Shown: piece by piece, positions 63,060-64,000 of the stretch
How the letters are laid out: the number at the start of each line of letters is the position of its first letter
Position numbering within the stretch: position 1 is the first letter of the stretch
NCBI RefSeq assembly: GCF_035594765.1
Contig: NC_085841.1
Span: 115,739,574 to 115,803,573 of the forward strand
Direction of reading: 5' to 3'
DNA: 64,000 bases
Origin: Anolis carolinensis
Taxonomy: Eukaryota
Program-made: the position numbers and the translations under genes
Notes under the pieces: model-generated
Told to the model about the DNA's origin: nothing
What the model saw: the letters and a program-made list of their open reading frames with translations, nothing else
The model's database searches: none

Positions 63060-64000
63060 TGGAGGACTTATTGAAATGGTCCGCCCTTGAAGGTTAATGG
63101 ATCCTTTCAGATTCCAGATGTTATAGAGAGTTCTATGGCTGGCATCATCAACAATCCTGTTGAACCCCTGGTCAATAAATGGAATCAAAATCTAACCAGA
63201 GCTATTGACACAATCAATTCCAAACGTCCTCTTCGACCCATTACAAATCAGGCTCCCTGGTATACAAAGACCCTCAGGGAGACGAAATGGGAAGGATAAT
63301 GACTGCAGTGTAGATGGCGGAAAACTGTCTTTTATGCAACAGGACACGGTATAAAGAGCATCTTTGCTCTTATACGTTGGCAATACATGCAGTGAAGAAC
63401 GCCGTCTCCTCTGCATGCATTGCATCAGCAGAATCATGCCCAGCTGAGCTTTTCAGAGTAGTGAGAGGCTTAACTCAGGTATCCTTCCCTCTTAACCCAT
63501 TATTAAAACCTTCAGTAGCTCACTGTGATGCTTTTAACAACAATTTCAGATACAATCTCTCACATAAGAGTAGACTTAGATGCAGTCATTGGAGTAGAAG
63601 CCAACGAGGTGTCCAGCAATTCTGTGAGTGGGACTACATTGGATCAATTTCAATTGGTGAGTATTGTTGATGTGGACAAGCTGTTGGGGCAGGAAGATAA
63701 CCTGCTTTCTTGATCTCTCTCCATCTTGGCTGGTCGTCCAGGGAGGAGATGCATTATGATCTCAAATGCAACAAATTATTGCCATATTTCTCAGGGAGGG
63801 GAATTTTCCATCCTGTTTAAAAGAAGCAGTAGACCACTGCTGAAAAAGCCCTTCATGGATTTTAATAATTACATATCAGTCTCTAACCTCCCTTTTTTGG
63901 GCAAGGTGATTGAGAAGGTAGTTGCACTCCAACTCCAGAGAGTTGGCTTCAGAGCAGGATACAGAGTTGAGACTGTTATGATCGCCTTAGTGGATGATCT
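63060..64000 (+). mobile_element. Decayed L2 ORF2 fragment running off the window
   Basis: APWYTKTLRE, PLLKKP, SNLPFLGKVIEKVVALQL, GFRAG..ET..ALVDD motifs with stops and frameshifts. Confidence 0.85.

Overview
Vertebrate (squamate lizard, most likely Anolis, judged from its repeat families) genomic DNA, AT-rich, with one assembly gap (47760-47926). It holds the conserved block CFAP206 <- C6orf163 <- SMIM8 ... GJB7 ->. I reconstructed by hand 11 CFAP206 coding exons (last exon lies off the left edge), all 5 C6orf163 coding exons (336 aa), both SMIM8 coding exons (97 aa) and the single-exon connexin GJB7 CDS (265 aa). All splice sites are GT-AG with consistent phases. A palindromic RFX X-box marks the CFAP206 promoter and an NRF1/ETS/CCAAT cluster marks the SMIM8 promoter. 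The rest is a dense mosaic of transposons: Sauria and other tRNA-derived SINEs, CR1, L2, L1, RTE, R4/Dong, Vingi, Penelope, and hAT, Tc1/pogo and Harbinger MITEs. There is no prokaryote-style system (CRISPR, operon). The most interesting signals are at RNA level: (1) an HDV-like ribozyme fold with an unusual L3 hairpin insert in a Vingi 5' module that is also built into a tRNA-headed SINE; (2) a Vingi insertion with twin-priming architecture; (3) a ~98% identical inverted SINE pair bracketing five CFAP206 exons that sum to an in-frame, stop-free 768-nt circle; (4) Penelope hammerhead remnants; (5) an inverted duplication just upstream of the GJB7 splice acceptor. Gene and repeat family names come from recalled sequences, not database searches; repeat boundaries are approximate unless TSDs are quoted.
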